NCBI GenBank assembly: GCA_001643675.2
Contig: LSRY02000057.1
Location: forward strand, 372,001-436,000
DNA: 64,000 nt
DNA from: Monocercomonoides exilis PA203
Lineage: Eukaryota > Protista > Preaxostyla
Direction: 5' to 3'
Under the pieces are notes generated by a model. The model made no database searches and was not told the origin of the DNA. It was given only the letters and a program-made list of their open reading frames with translations. Each line of letters opens with the position of its first letter. The first letter of the stretch is position 1. The translations under genes were made by a program, and so were the position numbers. Shown here in pieces: positions 38,801-50,475 of this stretch.

Positions 38801-41590
38801 AAAGGAGGAAAGAAAGAGAAAGAAGAGAAGAAGGCAGAAAATGACAACGAATTCGAGGAGCCGTTTGAAGGAGAGTTTGACGACCTCAGTTTGTTGGAAG
38901 GGCTCACTCCACAAATACGCCGTGTTGTCATCGGAGGAATGCGAGATCCTCTGCTGGCAATAACACGAATGGATGTACTGTTTGTTGCGCTGTTCAAGCG
39001 ATTCGCACAAGACTCTCAGAAGCTGAAGATGCTTGTTGACTGCATATTTGGCACGCTTGTCGAGCGAACATGCAGCTATGTGGAAGCCAACCGCATAGAA
39101 AACCATCTGCTGCTGGGGATGACAAATGAGGGGCTTCCGCAAAACGAGCAAGAAAGCAATGGCGAAAGCAACACCTTAAATAGCTCAAGTAGAGAGCGTA
39201 TCGTTTCACAGGTGCGGATCTCGTTCAATCCATTGGCTGGCAGAAGCCTCGACTATGTCCCCTTCTTCCACATCCTCCGCAGCATCCTCTCGACAATGCT
39301 GCCACTTCTGCCTCGCCCACCGTCAATTCCTTCGTCTGCAGTGAACGATAGCGTTCTGCCGCAGACTGGCGCCTTCAAAGAAATTCTCATCACGCACCTG
39401 CCATTTGAGCTTGATCGAATGGTAATTTTGAAGAGAATGAATGAGCGTCCTGATCAGAAGGAGATCCTGGAAGCAATGGCTTCGAAGATCGTTGTTCCGA
39501 AGCATCTGTTGGAAGCCGAAGAAAACGAACGCTCAATCACAAAGATGATATGCGAGCATTTGCTGAAGCTGAAGCCAAGAGTGTATCCAGAGTTTATTCA
39601 AGGGTATCTTCTGTTGCTGAGTGAGGATCTCTTCCAGGTGAGACTCGCTTCTCCTCGTTTCGTTCTTCAAGGTGCTACAACATACGAAGATTACCTGAAA
39701 TCCGTCAGACCGCAAGCTTCTGCTTCTCCTTCGCCTCCGAATAAAGTGGTGCTGCAGCCTCGCATGTGGTCTTCCAATACATTCTGGCTGTACTATTTGC
39801 CTCTGCTTCAGGAGGCGCTGGCATTTGAGACGACATTCAGCCCATCGTCGGAGGTGGCTCAAGGAGTTCATCAGCTCGTTCTGAAGATGATGCGCAACAT
39901 TCGGATGACCTACTTCGACTTCCTCGTCGCTGCTGGATCTGCTCTGGTTGACTTAGTTTATGATGGCCACTCAGACATGCGGAATATTATCCTTTCTTCC
40001 CACCCAGCTTTCCTAATCCCCACTGAATTCCCTCGTTATCCACTACTCAGTTGGAGTTGCCTCTTGCATCCTCAGCTCTGCATTCCACATTCCACTCTCT
40101 CGGACGCACGCAAACATCTTAGGGAGGCATGTTCAGACAGACTCACTGACCCTCAATTTGAAGAGGTTGTTGCAAGGTACATAAATGGGCGGCAGACATG
40201 CTTATCGACAATGGCATCTGTTATGGACGGACAAGGTTTGAAAGACATTGATCTGAGGCAAATGTCAAAGGAAGCCATGTTTCTTATTCGTGAAATACGT
40301 CAGCGAATTATTACTGAAGAAGTGCCAGTATCTCCTTCATTAGGTGCAGATCCAACAGCACGCCCAACCCATCCACCAGGAAAAAGAAAGCAACTGAACT
40401 TCACTTTTCTCCTTGCGCTCACGAACTACCTCATCAGCTTCTCGACTGTCGGGTACCAGCGCTGGGTGAAGCTGCTCACACGCACTTTCACAAAGGAAAG
40501 AATAGACATCAGACAGGACGAGATTCAGAGCGGACAGAAAGCTCCGCCAGCACCAGGCGATCCGCCGTACAATCCGATGGACGATCTGAATCCAGCTGTG
40601 ATGGATGTGGTGCTGTGCCCATCGTGTGTCTCCAGCTGGGGCTTGCTCCACTACCTCTTCAAGAGCCTGCCGCCTGAGGGTGTTGCCTATGTGACTGGCA
40701 TCATCTGCAACCATCTGCGCTTTCCTTGTGATCTCACTACCATTGCCGCTCATGCGTTGTTTTATGTTCTGCTCAATGGAGATCTCTCTGATTATCGAAG
40801 AGCTTCGTTGAAACCGTTTCTTGCTGTCTCCACAAACGGTGCTCCTGTCATTTCCTTAGAAAAATATAAAGAGCTTATTAGAATGTCCGATGAAACACTG
40901 AAGCTGAAGGAGACCGATAGCTTCAGTCCCCAAACTTCTCTCTCGTTGAAATTCCACTTCCAGATTCAATATAAGGTCATCCAAGCAATCAGTGAAAGAG
41001 CCAGAGTGTCGAGTGATCGGCCTTGGGGACTTGTAGCCACCATGAGCGAGCTGCTGTCGAACACAAGGGTGTTTGCTTCTCCGATGTTTGACAAGCTGAG
41101 AATTGAAACAGGCGCAGTTCAGGCGCAGACTCAACAGACATCGACACAAGCACAAAAACAAGCTCAAGCTCAAGCTCAAGCTCAAGCTCAAGCTCAAGCT
41201 CTAACTCAAACTCAAACTCAAGCACAATCACGTTCACGTCAACATTTACCTGCACAAACTCAGATTCATGAGCCAGCACAATCACCGTTACAATCGCCAG
41301 ATCAAGCACAGATACAAGCAAGAGCCAAAGCACTTACCCAGGTGCAGCCTCAAATACAAATTCAACAAAGACCGAAAACTCAGGCGCAGAAATCTTCTTC
41401 CGTAAATATTAATTACTCTTTGCCTCCTGTACCAACTTCCTCATCTGCTTCAATGCCCTTTCCTGCTTTAACTGCAACCTCAACACCACAGTCATCTACT
41501 TCATCACCTACTCCCTCGTCCTCACCCTCACACACAACACAGGCAAATTTGCCTTATCAATCTCACACTCCACAACAAAAGAAGGAATGA
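26899..41590 (+). CDS. CNOT1: CCR4-NOT scaffold subunit 1, greatly expanded (about 4,800 aa)
   Basis: CAF1-binding MIF4G domain (QDRIAKIFN...FARYLVLARVSQEENH...VVPFVARIL...PWLFGVTELLRELY...LQIKFSIE) and C-terminal NOT1 motifs (MRNIILSS, NHLRFP, RPWGL). Probable 5' exons 26899-27012 and 27178-27382 splice in phase into ORF 27527-41590 at 27540. Confidence 0.9.
41161..41222 (+). repeat. Coding hexanucleotide microsatellite (GCTCAA)n then (ACTCAA)n, encoding QAQAQA/TQTQ
   Basis: Tandem GCTCAA units seen directly in the CNOT1 tail. Confidence 0.9.
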
Positions 41591-42365
41591 AACCAAGTCT
41601 CTTTTTATAAATCTCCTCGGTCTACTGTTCTGTTTTTATGTTCTGCAGCCTTTATTTTCATTCTGTTTGACTGGGCACTTTCTCAAATGTTTTTGAAGTT
41701 TTAAGTGAATTTCGCAATGTGTCATATGATGCTTATTTTTTTCTTTTTCGCTAATTCACATCAAATCGAGGGAAAAAATTGCATTTTTTGTTTTTCCATT
41801 TTCACATTTTACTTCAATGCTTGTTATAATGTAATTTTACTTCATTATTGTATAATTTGAAAAGAATAGTATGTTATAGGCTTTGCATTTTGATTTGCTA
41901 AGCTTCTTATTTATTCTTTGGCTGTATTCAATGCAACTCTCTCATTGTTTCGATGAGTTTCTTCTGTTTTTATTTGTTCTTTGCTTAATTAAGCATTGCA
42001 TTGTTTGTTCCATTTTCAACATTGCTTTAACTTCAACCAATTGCTGAATTGTAATTAAATCACATTGAGGAGGTTAGTCATTTTCAAGCAAAAAAAGTTT
42101 TTTCTTCAATAAATGATGAAGTGTAATTGGGAATTTGAATAAGAAGATTTTTAGCATCATTTAAAGAGTCGGCTTCATTGAAGGAAAATTTTGTTTTAAC
42201 AGAGAGTTTAATACAAAAATAAAACAAATACATATTTTCCTAAACAAATTCGAAATTTTGATACTAAATAATTCGTTGAATCCAATAGCTTATGTTCATT
42301 TGATGAAACATTCAATATTCTTATTGACGAAACTACAATGTGAAATATTCTGGTTAATTGAAATA

Positions 42366-43330
42366 GGGTCAGAAATTTATCGGTGCCCAAAAAATTAATC
42401 GGGACCTAAATTTTCTGGCTCTCCAGAGCACTTTTAGAAAAAAATAAATAATAGAAAATTATTAATATATTATAATATTCTATTTCTGAAAATATTTTTT
42501 ATTTTTTTCATTTGAGCGAAAAGATCTGGAGTTTTTTGTTTTATTTTTCTGATCAAAGACTTGCTCGTATTCTCACGAGATTTTTGTTTTGAGGTTTTTA
42601 AGTGTTGTTATTGTTATTGAATATAACTTCTTTATAATTTTGGTTATTTTTCATTGTTTAACACTTCGTTTTTTTATTATTTTTTTCATTTCACAAAATT
42701 TCGACAAATTGAAGAATTCATTTGTATTAATAAGATTTTTAGTTAATTCAAAAAAGTAAATATATAAATTATCAACAAATAAAGATATTCAAAAGGATGA
42801 AAATCATGTATTTTTTATAATTGTCATTATTATTCAAAAAAACTTGTTTTTGCTTATTTTTGCGTTTTTTGGAGCAAATCACATTCTTTTATTTCAAAAT
42901 TTTGATAACAATCATAACATTCATTTTTTCAACTGTTATTCAACTATAAAAAACATAACAACTCAAATATCACGACAAAATCTTCAATTTGTCGAAATTT
43001 TGTGAAATGAAAAAAATAATTAAAAAACGAAATGTTTAATAACAAAAAATAACCAAAAACATAAAGAAGTTATATTCAATAACAATAACAACACTTAAAA
43101 ACCTCAAAACAAAAATCTCGTGAGAATACGAGCAAGTCTTTGATCAGAAAAATAAAACAAAAAACTCCAGATCTTTTCGCTCAAATGAAAAAAATAAAAA
43201 ATATTTTCAGAAATAGAATATTATAATATATTAATAATTTTCTATTATTTATTTTTTTCTAAAAGTGCTCTGGAGAGCCAGAAAATTTAGGTCCCGATAA
43301 AAAAAAGGGGATATGATAAATTACTGACCC
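42366..43330. mobile_element. 965-bp non-autonomous foldback element with ~320-bp inverted arms, flanked by TA
   Basis: TA|GGGTCAG...CTGACCC|TA. Arms 42398-42715 and 42981-43298 are near-perfect reverse complements. No coding capacity. Second copy at 11678. Confidence 0.9.
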
Positions 43331-43346
43331 TATTGATCTTGCATAA

Positions 43347-43347
<1 letters not shown>

Positions 43348-43405
<58 letters not shown>
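43348..43405 (+). repeat. Poly(A) tract of about 58 nt
   Basis: Seen directly, 17 bp right of the foldback element. Confidence 0.9.
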
Positions 43406-43407
<2 letters not shown>

Positions 43408-43940
43408 AGAAAGAAAACCACACTGGAAATTTTCATATATAATGCATTATTTTTGTCTTTTATGAAGAGGTAATTTGATAAAAATATTACATGAAATATT
43501 GAATGAAAATTCACTTTTGTATGAACAATAAAAAAAACCTTTCGATTTTTGCTGGAAAAAAAAGCTCATCTTAATGTTATTTCCATCGAAAACTTATAAT
43601 TTGTCCGATATCTTGTTTGTCAATAAGATAAAATTATTCAGACAATTCATAATTAAATTTCTGTTTGACTAAAAAAAATTGCCATTCAGTCAAAACTGGA
43701 CACAATCACATCGGATATAATCAACACCGGAAATTGTCTCAAAAAGTTGTGATAAACAGATGTGATTATATCCTATTTACACTGTTGTTCTTTTCAGTTA
43801 TCCACCCCCTTCCGTGGAGATAATTAAAATTTGAAGAAATATTTATGAAGCAAGATCTTTGGATAAAGTTTCAAAAGAAACAAATCATTTAAGAATTTAA
43901 AAATAATCCATCAGCACAAACAAAAAAAAAAAAAAAATAA

Positions 43941-43973
<33 letters not shown>

Positions 43974-44069
43974 AAAGTCACTTTGGGCCGGTGTTGAGAG
44001 TGAAACATTGGATTATCTTAATGTGATTTCTTGATTACGTTGATGTCATCATATTTACACAAACAAATA

Positions 44070-44966
44070 CCAATTACATCTATATTTAACATCAAATCTA
44101 CACATTTTTTTCCTTTGTTCTCATAATGTTCCTTAGCAATGAAAACCAATCTGAAATGTTTGTAGTTGAAGATGCTGACAACCATTATATATCAATGGAT
44201 TTTGGTTCAACCATTTGGCGAATTTTTGTTGAAAAATGCCTTTTATCAAATTTTCAAATAAAACAAAATTTTCAAATTTTTTTCATATTTCTGTTCTCCC
44301 TAATATAACCACACTGAAATGAAAATAATATCATTGTTAAGGTTCTGTTTCCATTTCAGTGAAGTTTTATTAGTGAGGACAGAAATATGAAAAAAAATAT
44401 GAAAATTTTGCTTTATATGAAAATAAAACAAAAGGCATTTTTCAAAAAAAAAAAAATAAGCCATTTGGAAAGCATTGTTTCTTTTAACAAATTTTCTTTC
44501 CCATTCTTCACTAATTTCTTTAATTTCGCATTTATCATCTTTGCTTCGTTTTCTCCTCTGCATGGCATGATCGGATAAAAAATGAAATGTGAAAACAGTT
44601 CGATAAATATTTGATTATTAACCAAACAATTTTGATGATATCTTTGAATGCAATTTTGTCCTTCGAAAGCAAAGGAATTTTTATGCTCTCTTCAATTTCT
44701 TCTTGCTTCTCGTTGTTGAAAATTTACGGTCTTCCATTATGTTGCTTATCTCTTCCTTTATTCAAAGAAAAGATGTGTCTGAACAATTCTGTAGAAGATT
44801 ATAATACTGATAAATTAATGTTTTCGTGTGAAATTTATTTTTGGAAAGAAAAAAAGGTCATTTGTTAAACTTTGGATTTTAATCAAAGAAATTCTGATGT
44901 TGCGAAATCTTTTGAAAGTTCAGATGAAGAAGGAAATAAAGTTATGTTGCCTGAAAAATCATTCAT
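44070..44966 (-). pseudogene. Decayed pogo-like transposase N-terminal half, interrupted by a MITE
   Basis: Reads KGRDKQHNGRP*IFNNEKQEEIEESI...KDIIKI, then intron 44558-44627, then ISEEWERKFVKRNN (CENP-B-type HTH end), NISDWFSLL and LMLNID. Colinear with the transposase at 61000-62391. Confidence 0.65.
44217..44462. mobile_element. 246-bp hairpin MITE with GGC...GCC termini and ATTT duplication
   Basis: Arms of about 110 bp (44217-44327 and 44346-44462) are imperfect reverse complements. Removing the element and one ATTT restores the minus-strand frame AFQMVEPKSID. Confidence 0.8.
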
Positions 44967-45781
44967 AATGGCTTTGCTGACCTTTCGTTAAAAAGAAATA
45001 ACTTTTCAATTTATTAATTTCGAAAAAAGAAAAAAAAATATTAATAATAAAAAATAAATTGAAAAGTGCACGTTATTTTTAATTTTCAATTTCATCCATT
45101 TATTTTTTAATTTTTCGGAAGTTTTTATTCGAAATTCCCATATTTTGTTCCTATCCTGATATGCCATGTCTCTCCCGACTTTTCTTGATAAAAATTCATT
45201 CAGAATAAATAGAAGGAAAAAATATGGTTTCAAAAACAATTGATACAAGATACTGTAAGTGGGCAGATAACGACCAGGAAAAAAATTCGATTCATATGTT
45301 TTTTTAATTTTCGCTTCAACCAATGAATGCTATTTTGATATTTCCATAGTTATTTTTGAATTAAAGTGATTCAAAACCGAGATAACCTATTTTTAAAAAT
45401 CCAACAGGAATTTTTGTTTTGAAAACTTTCCCACCTTTTTATTAAAAAACCTTTATCTGTTGATTTTACAAAAAGCTTTCGTCAAACATAACCCTAATAA
45501 ACACATTGACAAATGAAATATCTTTATTTCCAACAAAAACCTAAAAGAAAGTTTCTCTCTTATTTATCTTAGGTGTTTGATCATTAGATTTTGATAACTG
45601 CTGCTTTTTAAAATAATGAAAATTTTCAGTTTTTTATCGAATATTTCTCCTATTTGAGAATATTAACATCTGAAAATAGGTTTTTCAAGGTCAATAGTTC
45701 TTCTTTCAGACAATTTTTATTCAGGTCGCTATGTACACTCTTACCATAGATACTTCACCATACGCTTTTTCTATGATAATA

Positions 45782-46177
45782 CAGATATCGCATAAAATAC
45801 AGGACATCGCACAAAATACCGGACAAGATCGATTTCACAATAACTGCAAGAGGAATAAATCTGTTTATTTTCCTCCAAACACATCTCATTTATACAAACT
45901 CATTTGATAAACGAGACTTTCAAAATATCCTCATTTGTTCTCAGAGAAAATTTATATCGAAATTTCGGAAAAACTCAAAATTCTATTTCTCCGAGATTTC
46001 AAAAATTATTTTTTCTGAGAACAAATGAGGATATTTTGAAAGTCTCGTTTATCAAATGAGTTTGTGTTGATGAGGTGTGTTTTGAGGAAAATTGTCAGAA
46101 TTATATCTTTTGCAGTTATTGTGAAATCGATCTTGTCAGGTATTTTGTGCGATGTCAGGTATTTTATGCGATATCTG
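45782..46177. mobile_element. 396-bp Tc1/mariner-pogo-type MITE with CAG...CTG termini and TA TSD
   Basis: TA|CAGATATCGCATAAAATAC...GTATTTTATGCGATATCTG|TA. Inverted arms about 165 bp, with ~19-bp subterminal tandem repeats. Confidence 0.9.
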
Positions 46178-46981
46178 TAATTGCATTCATGATTTTCATT
46201 CAGTGATCAAATTTATCAATAAAAGTTTTTTTTTTTCTTTTTTTTCCTTTTTCTTTTTTTTTTCATAAAAGGTTTTATGATGAATCATGATAAAAATGAT
46301 CCAATTTGATAAGATAGAGAAAGAAAAAATTGAAAATTCAAAAGAATGAATTTTGGCGAGAATTTCAAAGAAATGTGCATTTAAGAAATAAATAGTTTAT
46401 TTTTTCCTTTTCGATTATTTCAATAAAGAATAGTCTTTTTCCTCGATAAAACAAATCAAAATGTTTCTCATTAAAATATCTTTTTCACCGTCTTTGTTGA
46501 GGCTTTCTTTGTCTGTTTCAATGGAAATGATAATAAAACTTAGAAAGTTTAAAATCATTTAACAGAAATTATTCATCATTTTATTCCTTTTATTCCAACA
46601 AATAAAAATTTCAAAGATGAAAACATGATTTTGGATTCTGTTCAATCACGCGAATGATAATAATTCCAATATTCTTTTATTTTCTTTGTTTTGACAATTA
46701 CTTTATCATTTGTTAAATGAATAGCATTCAATTAACATTTTCCACTCCTGAAACACCACTTTGTTAAAGTTAACTGAAACAAATATTAAACATCTTCGTC
46801 TGATTTAATCCGCACTCTTGAATTAGATAATTATTTCTAAAGGTGAATGCAATTCGAAATCAAAGACAATAATTGCAATAAGTCAAATGCTTCAAATAAA
46901 ACGTTGTTATGAAAATATAAAGACATGATTGCACGCATTATGCAACTCATCCAAAACAAATAAATATCATGCATTTTTCAC

Positions 46982-47578
46982 TTACACGCGGGTCGCTTTT
47001 TCAGTAAGATCTTCCTCTCTGAAAGATTCATCAACCTGAAAAATGAAACATTTTTCAAAATAAAATTATTGGATAAATTCATAATACATAAATAAATATC
47101 ATTTAAAATAATATAATTGAACATATTAAAAAAGGCACACATCAAGATCATTTTGAATTCCAGTGAATGCCGATTTGATAGCGCTTTTTGCTGATGCATA
47201 AAGCATACGCTTGCGAACTGGTGTTGTTGAAGGTGTGTACAATGAGAGGAAAATTTTTGTTCTTGTTGTTGTGTCAACAGCATATTCATGATTCACAATA
47301 ATATATCTTGGCTCATTTTCAGGAAGAGCAGCTTTCAAATCCTAGGTTATTTTTTTTGGAAAAGCAAACGCAAATAATAATTATTTAAAATATTATTATC
47401 AAAATTTTTTACAAAATAATCTTCACACAGCAAAAGTCTTTCCTTTTTCTCCTTCAACATCAACAACAATGTCCTTGTCATTTTGAATTTTGTAAATTAC
47501 ATAGTACAATTTGTGAGCAAATTTGAACTCATTGAATTTGGCAACTGCTTCGTCTGTTGGAACAATACCAATTTGCAT
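46982..47578 (-). CDS. ADF/cofilin actin-depolymerising factor, 3 exons
   Basis: MQIGIVPTDEAVAKFNEFK...YYVIYKI...|DLKAALPENEPRYII...PVRKRMLYASAKSAIK...|VDESFREEDLTEKATRV*. Carries the ADF-H KMLYAS-type motif and GT-AG introns. Confidence 0.92.
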
Positions 47579-48069
47579 AGCGATTCTGCAAAATACCGAT
47601 CATAACCAATTTTCAATATTATCATTCAAACGTAAAAGGGAATTTTTGATCTTTTGACAAATAAGTCCATTTTATTCATGAAGTTTTCCTTTCACATAAA
47701 GATATGAAAATGAAAATAATTTGAGAAAATGTCCAACTTTTAAAAAAAGAAATGATAGAACTTCTTATTCTGTAAAAATTGAAAGTTTTTCTAAATGGAA
47801 GTTACAATGATAATCAAAAATGAAGTGACATTCTAAAAATATAGAAAGAAAATTTAAATCAAAGAAATCTAAATTAACATATATCTAAAATCCATCTATA
47901 TTTTCTTAAAATATAAAAATTATTGAAGATTTATTCAAAATAACTATCTTAACGGAAAAAAAATCTCAAATTCAACTAACAGCCAATAACAAAATATGTT
48001 AACGCACTTCAATAAAAGTTCAAAACAGCACTCTAAATTGAAGCCTGAACACGCCGATAATTCACTTCC

Positions 48070-50332
48070 TCATTTTGGAAGTGCAAGTTCCAGCACCATC
48101 GACAGCATGCATCCACAAAAGATCCCAATGTTGAGTGCTGCTGCCATAAAGCTGCCTCCCATTGCCCTCTCTGAATCGTCAGTCAGATCTGTGCAGGCAA
48201 GCGCCCTGAAATAAAAGTCCATCCACCCAATCGCCACAAAAGATGTTAAAGGGGAATTTCAAATAAGATTGATAGTTGAATGAAACATTAAAAATTTAAA
48301 AAAAAAGACAAAATAAAATGAGAGGGTGCAAACATGATGATTGTGCCATGATATCCATTTGACAATGAGAATATCGCATAGACAACACAAATAAGCCACA
48401 AATGCTGAAAGGCCTTCACATAAACAGCAAGAAAAAGAAAGAGAGCCAAAGCCTAAAGTGGAATGAAAGAACAACAACAAATATGAAATTATTTGTTATT
48501 TTTTGTTATGACAAAAAATAATACTTTTAAGAGAAAAGTGTCAAAAAATATTAAGAATCAAAAAGCATTTCCTTTTAAATCCCCACCAAACTCTCTCTCA
48601 AATAGCATCTTCATCATTTTGATTCAACGATGCTTATCATCTTTCATTTCAGCACACAATTCTGGCTATTGACACAATATTCATTGCTTTTGCAGACTTA
48701 TAAAGAGGACAGCAATCAGGAAAGAACCGAGTCGCAAAATCCCCAACGGTAAATATGTTCAGTTTGATGTACTGAAATAGCATTTCAAAAATTTGAAGTT
48801 TCAATTTCCAAAATAACAGAAAAAGAAAATTGATAGAAAAACAAAAAATAAGTTTAAAAAAAACATGAAAAGAGTTTTTCAAACAAATCAATGAATATTT
48901 ATCAGATATCTATCTTTTTCATTAAGAAAAAAAAAAAGCGAACAAAAATTCCTTCTCTCTCAATTCATTTCAATTACTTTATCCTCTCGTTCTCACACCG
49001 TCCATAAGCTCCGTGACCATTCTGTGTTGAATAGATCGTCTTGCACGTTGATTGCCAGAATAATATTAGGATATATCAGCAGAGTCCAGAAATAACAGTT
49101 AAATATCGCCAGCCCCCACCATCGCTTCTTCTTTGCTATGTGCCACATCTGCTTGGCGAAATCTTTCATCACATGAAATATGGATGCACAAGAAGTGGAA
49201 GAAGAAGAAGAAGACGACGATTCTGACATCACAGATTTATCAGTGAATGAATAATAATTTCTGTTGCCATCAGAAAGAGGAGAGGATGAAGTGACATGTG
49301 ATGCTCTTCGAGGTGAAGACGAGCTTAAAGCAGACGAGGCTGGTTGGGAAGAGGAATTTGAAGTGTTAGGAAGAACCGATTCTAATTCAGTTGTTGATTT
49401 TCCAGATGATTCCTTCACCGATTCTTGAGAATTAATTGAACTGCTTTGACTGTCCAGGCCTGATCCATCTTTCTCTGAATCAATGCACGTGCCTTCTTCA
49501 ACCCTTTCTTCAGAAAGAGAGCTGTATTTCCATGCATCGTCATTTTTACTGGAGTCACCATCTTTCATCAAATCTTTAGAGTAAGGAAGGAGATGCAGAA
49601 GAGCTTCTCCAACAAGCGCTAACATATTTATAATCGCAGATGAAGAAAAGAACGTAAGTCCAATAACATCTGTATTGTCTCCTGGAATAGATATGTGCAA
49701 AATCAATGGAATAAGACTTATTAGCCCTTCAATTCCTTGACCAATCATAATCGCTTGCGTGTGCCATGAAGAGAAAAGGCTTCCCAATCCAAATACTGTA
49801 ACATTTAATATGCCAGTTATCACACCGCAAATGATGCTCAGAAAAACCATCAAGACTATCGCTATCACAGTTTGTGAAAGAAATGTGCATATGAAAGGAA
49901 TGACGATCATCAAAATTGCATTCAATAGAATTGGTATCGAAATAAATAATGAAAAGTCAAGTGAGCCTGCTATTGCAGTGCAAAAAATCATCACCGGAAG
50001 ACACCCAATGTTGTATCCAACGAGCATATACGACATTGCATGTTTATCAGGAAGTCTTTTTTCAAAAAAATCAGCCTAGAAAACAAAGAAAAAATATATA
50101 TCATTTCAATAAAAAAGATGTTTAAACGAATATGCAAATAAAAATGACTTATTCCTTTGGATCAAAGCATACCGCGCTAATTATACTATTCCACGAAGAA
50201 AGCATTGCCATTCCAAAAAACACACAAATTATAAAAACAATTTGAAACTTTATTAAAAAATATGTAAATAACAGATTTATCAGATTTGAATACATTATCT
50301 TTCCGCTTTGGAGGCCGCTTTTCTTTTTCCAT
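48070..50332 (-). CDS. Equilibrative nucleoside transporter (ENT/SLC29 family), multi-exon
   Basis: TM1 FFGMAMLSSWNSIISA, then TQAIMIGQGIEG, a long cytosolic loop, WTLLIYP, FTVGDFATR, and C-terminal ERAMGGSFMAAALNIGIFCGC. Confidence 0.88.
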
Positions 50333-50475
50333 CGTTTTAGTTTTTTAATTATGTTTCTTGTTTTCAATTTTAATGTTTCTTTCATTAAAAATAATAAAAC
50401 TCATCACAAACAAAATAAATATTTGTTTATTTGAGCAGTGAATGAAAAGTTGGATCTAACCTTAAGAAAGTTTTT

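Noticed and set aside
43348-43405. Poly(A) as the tail of a LINE/SINE or retrocopy
   Set aside because: No upstream retroelement body or target duplication was found.
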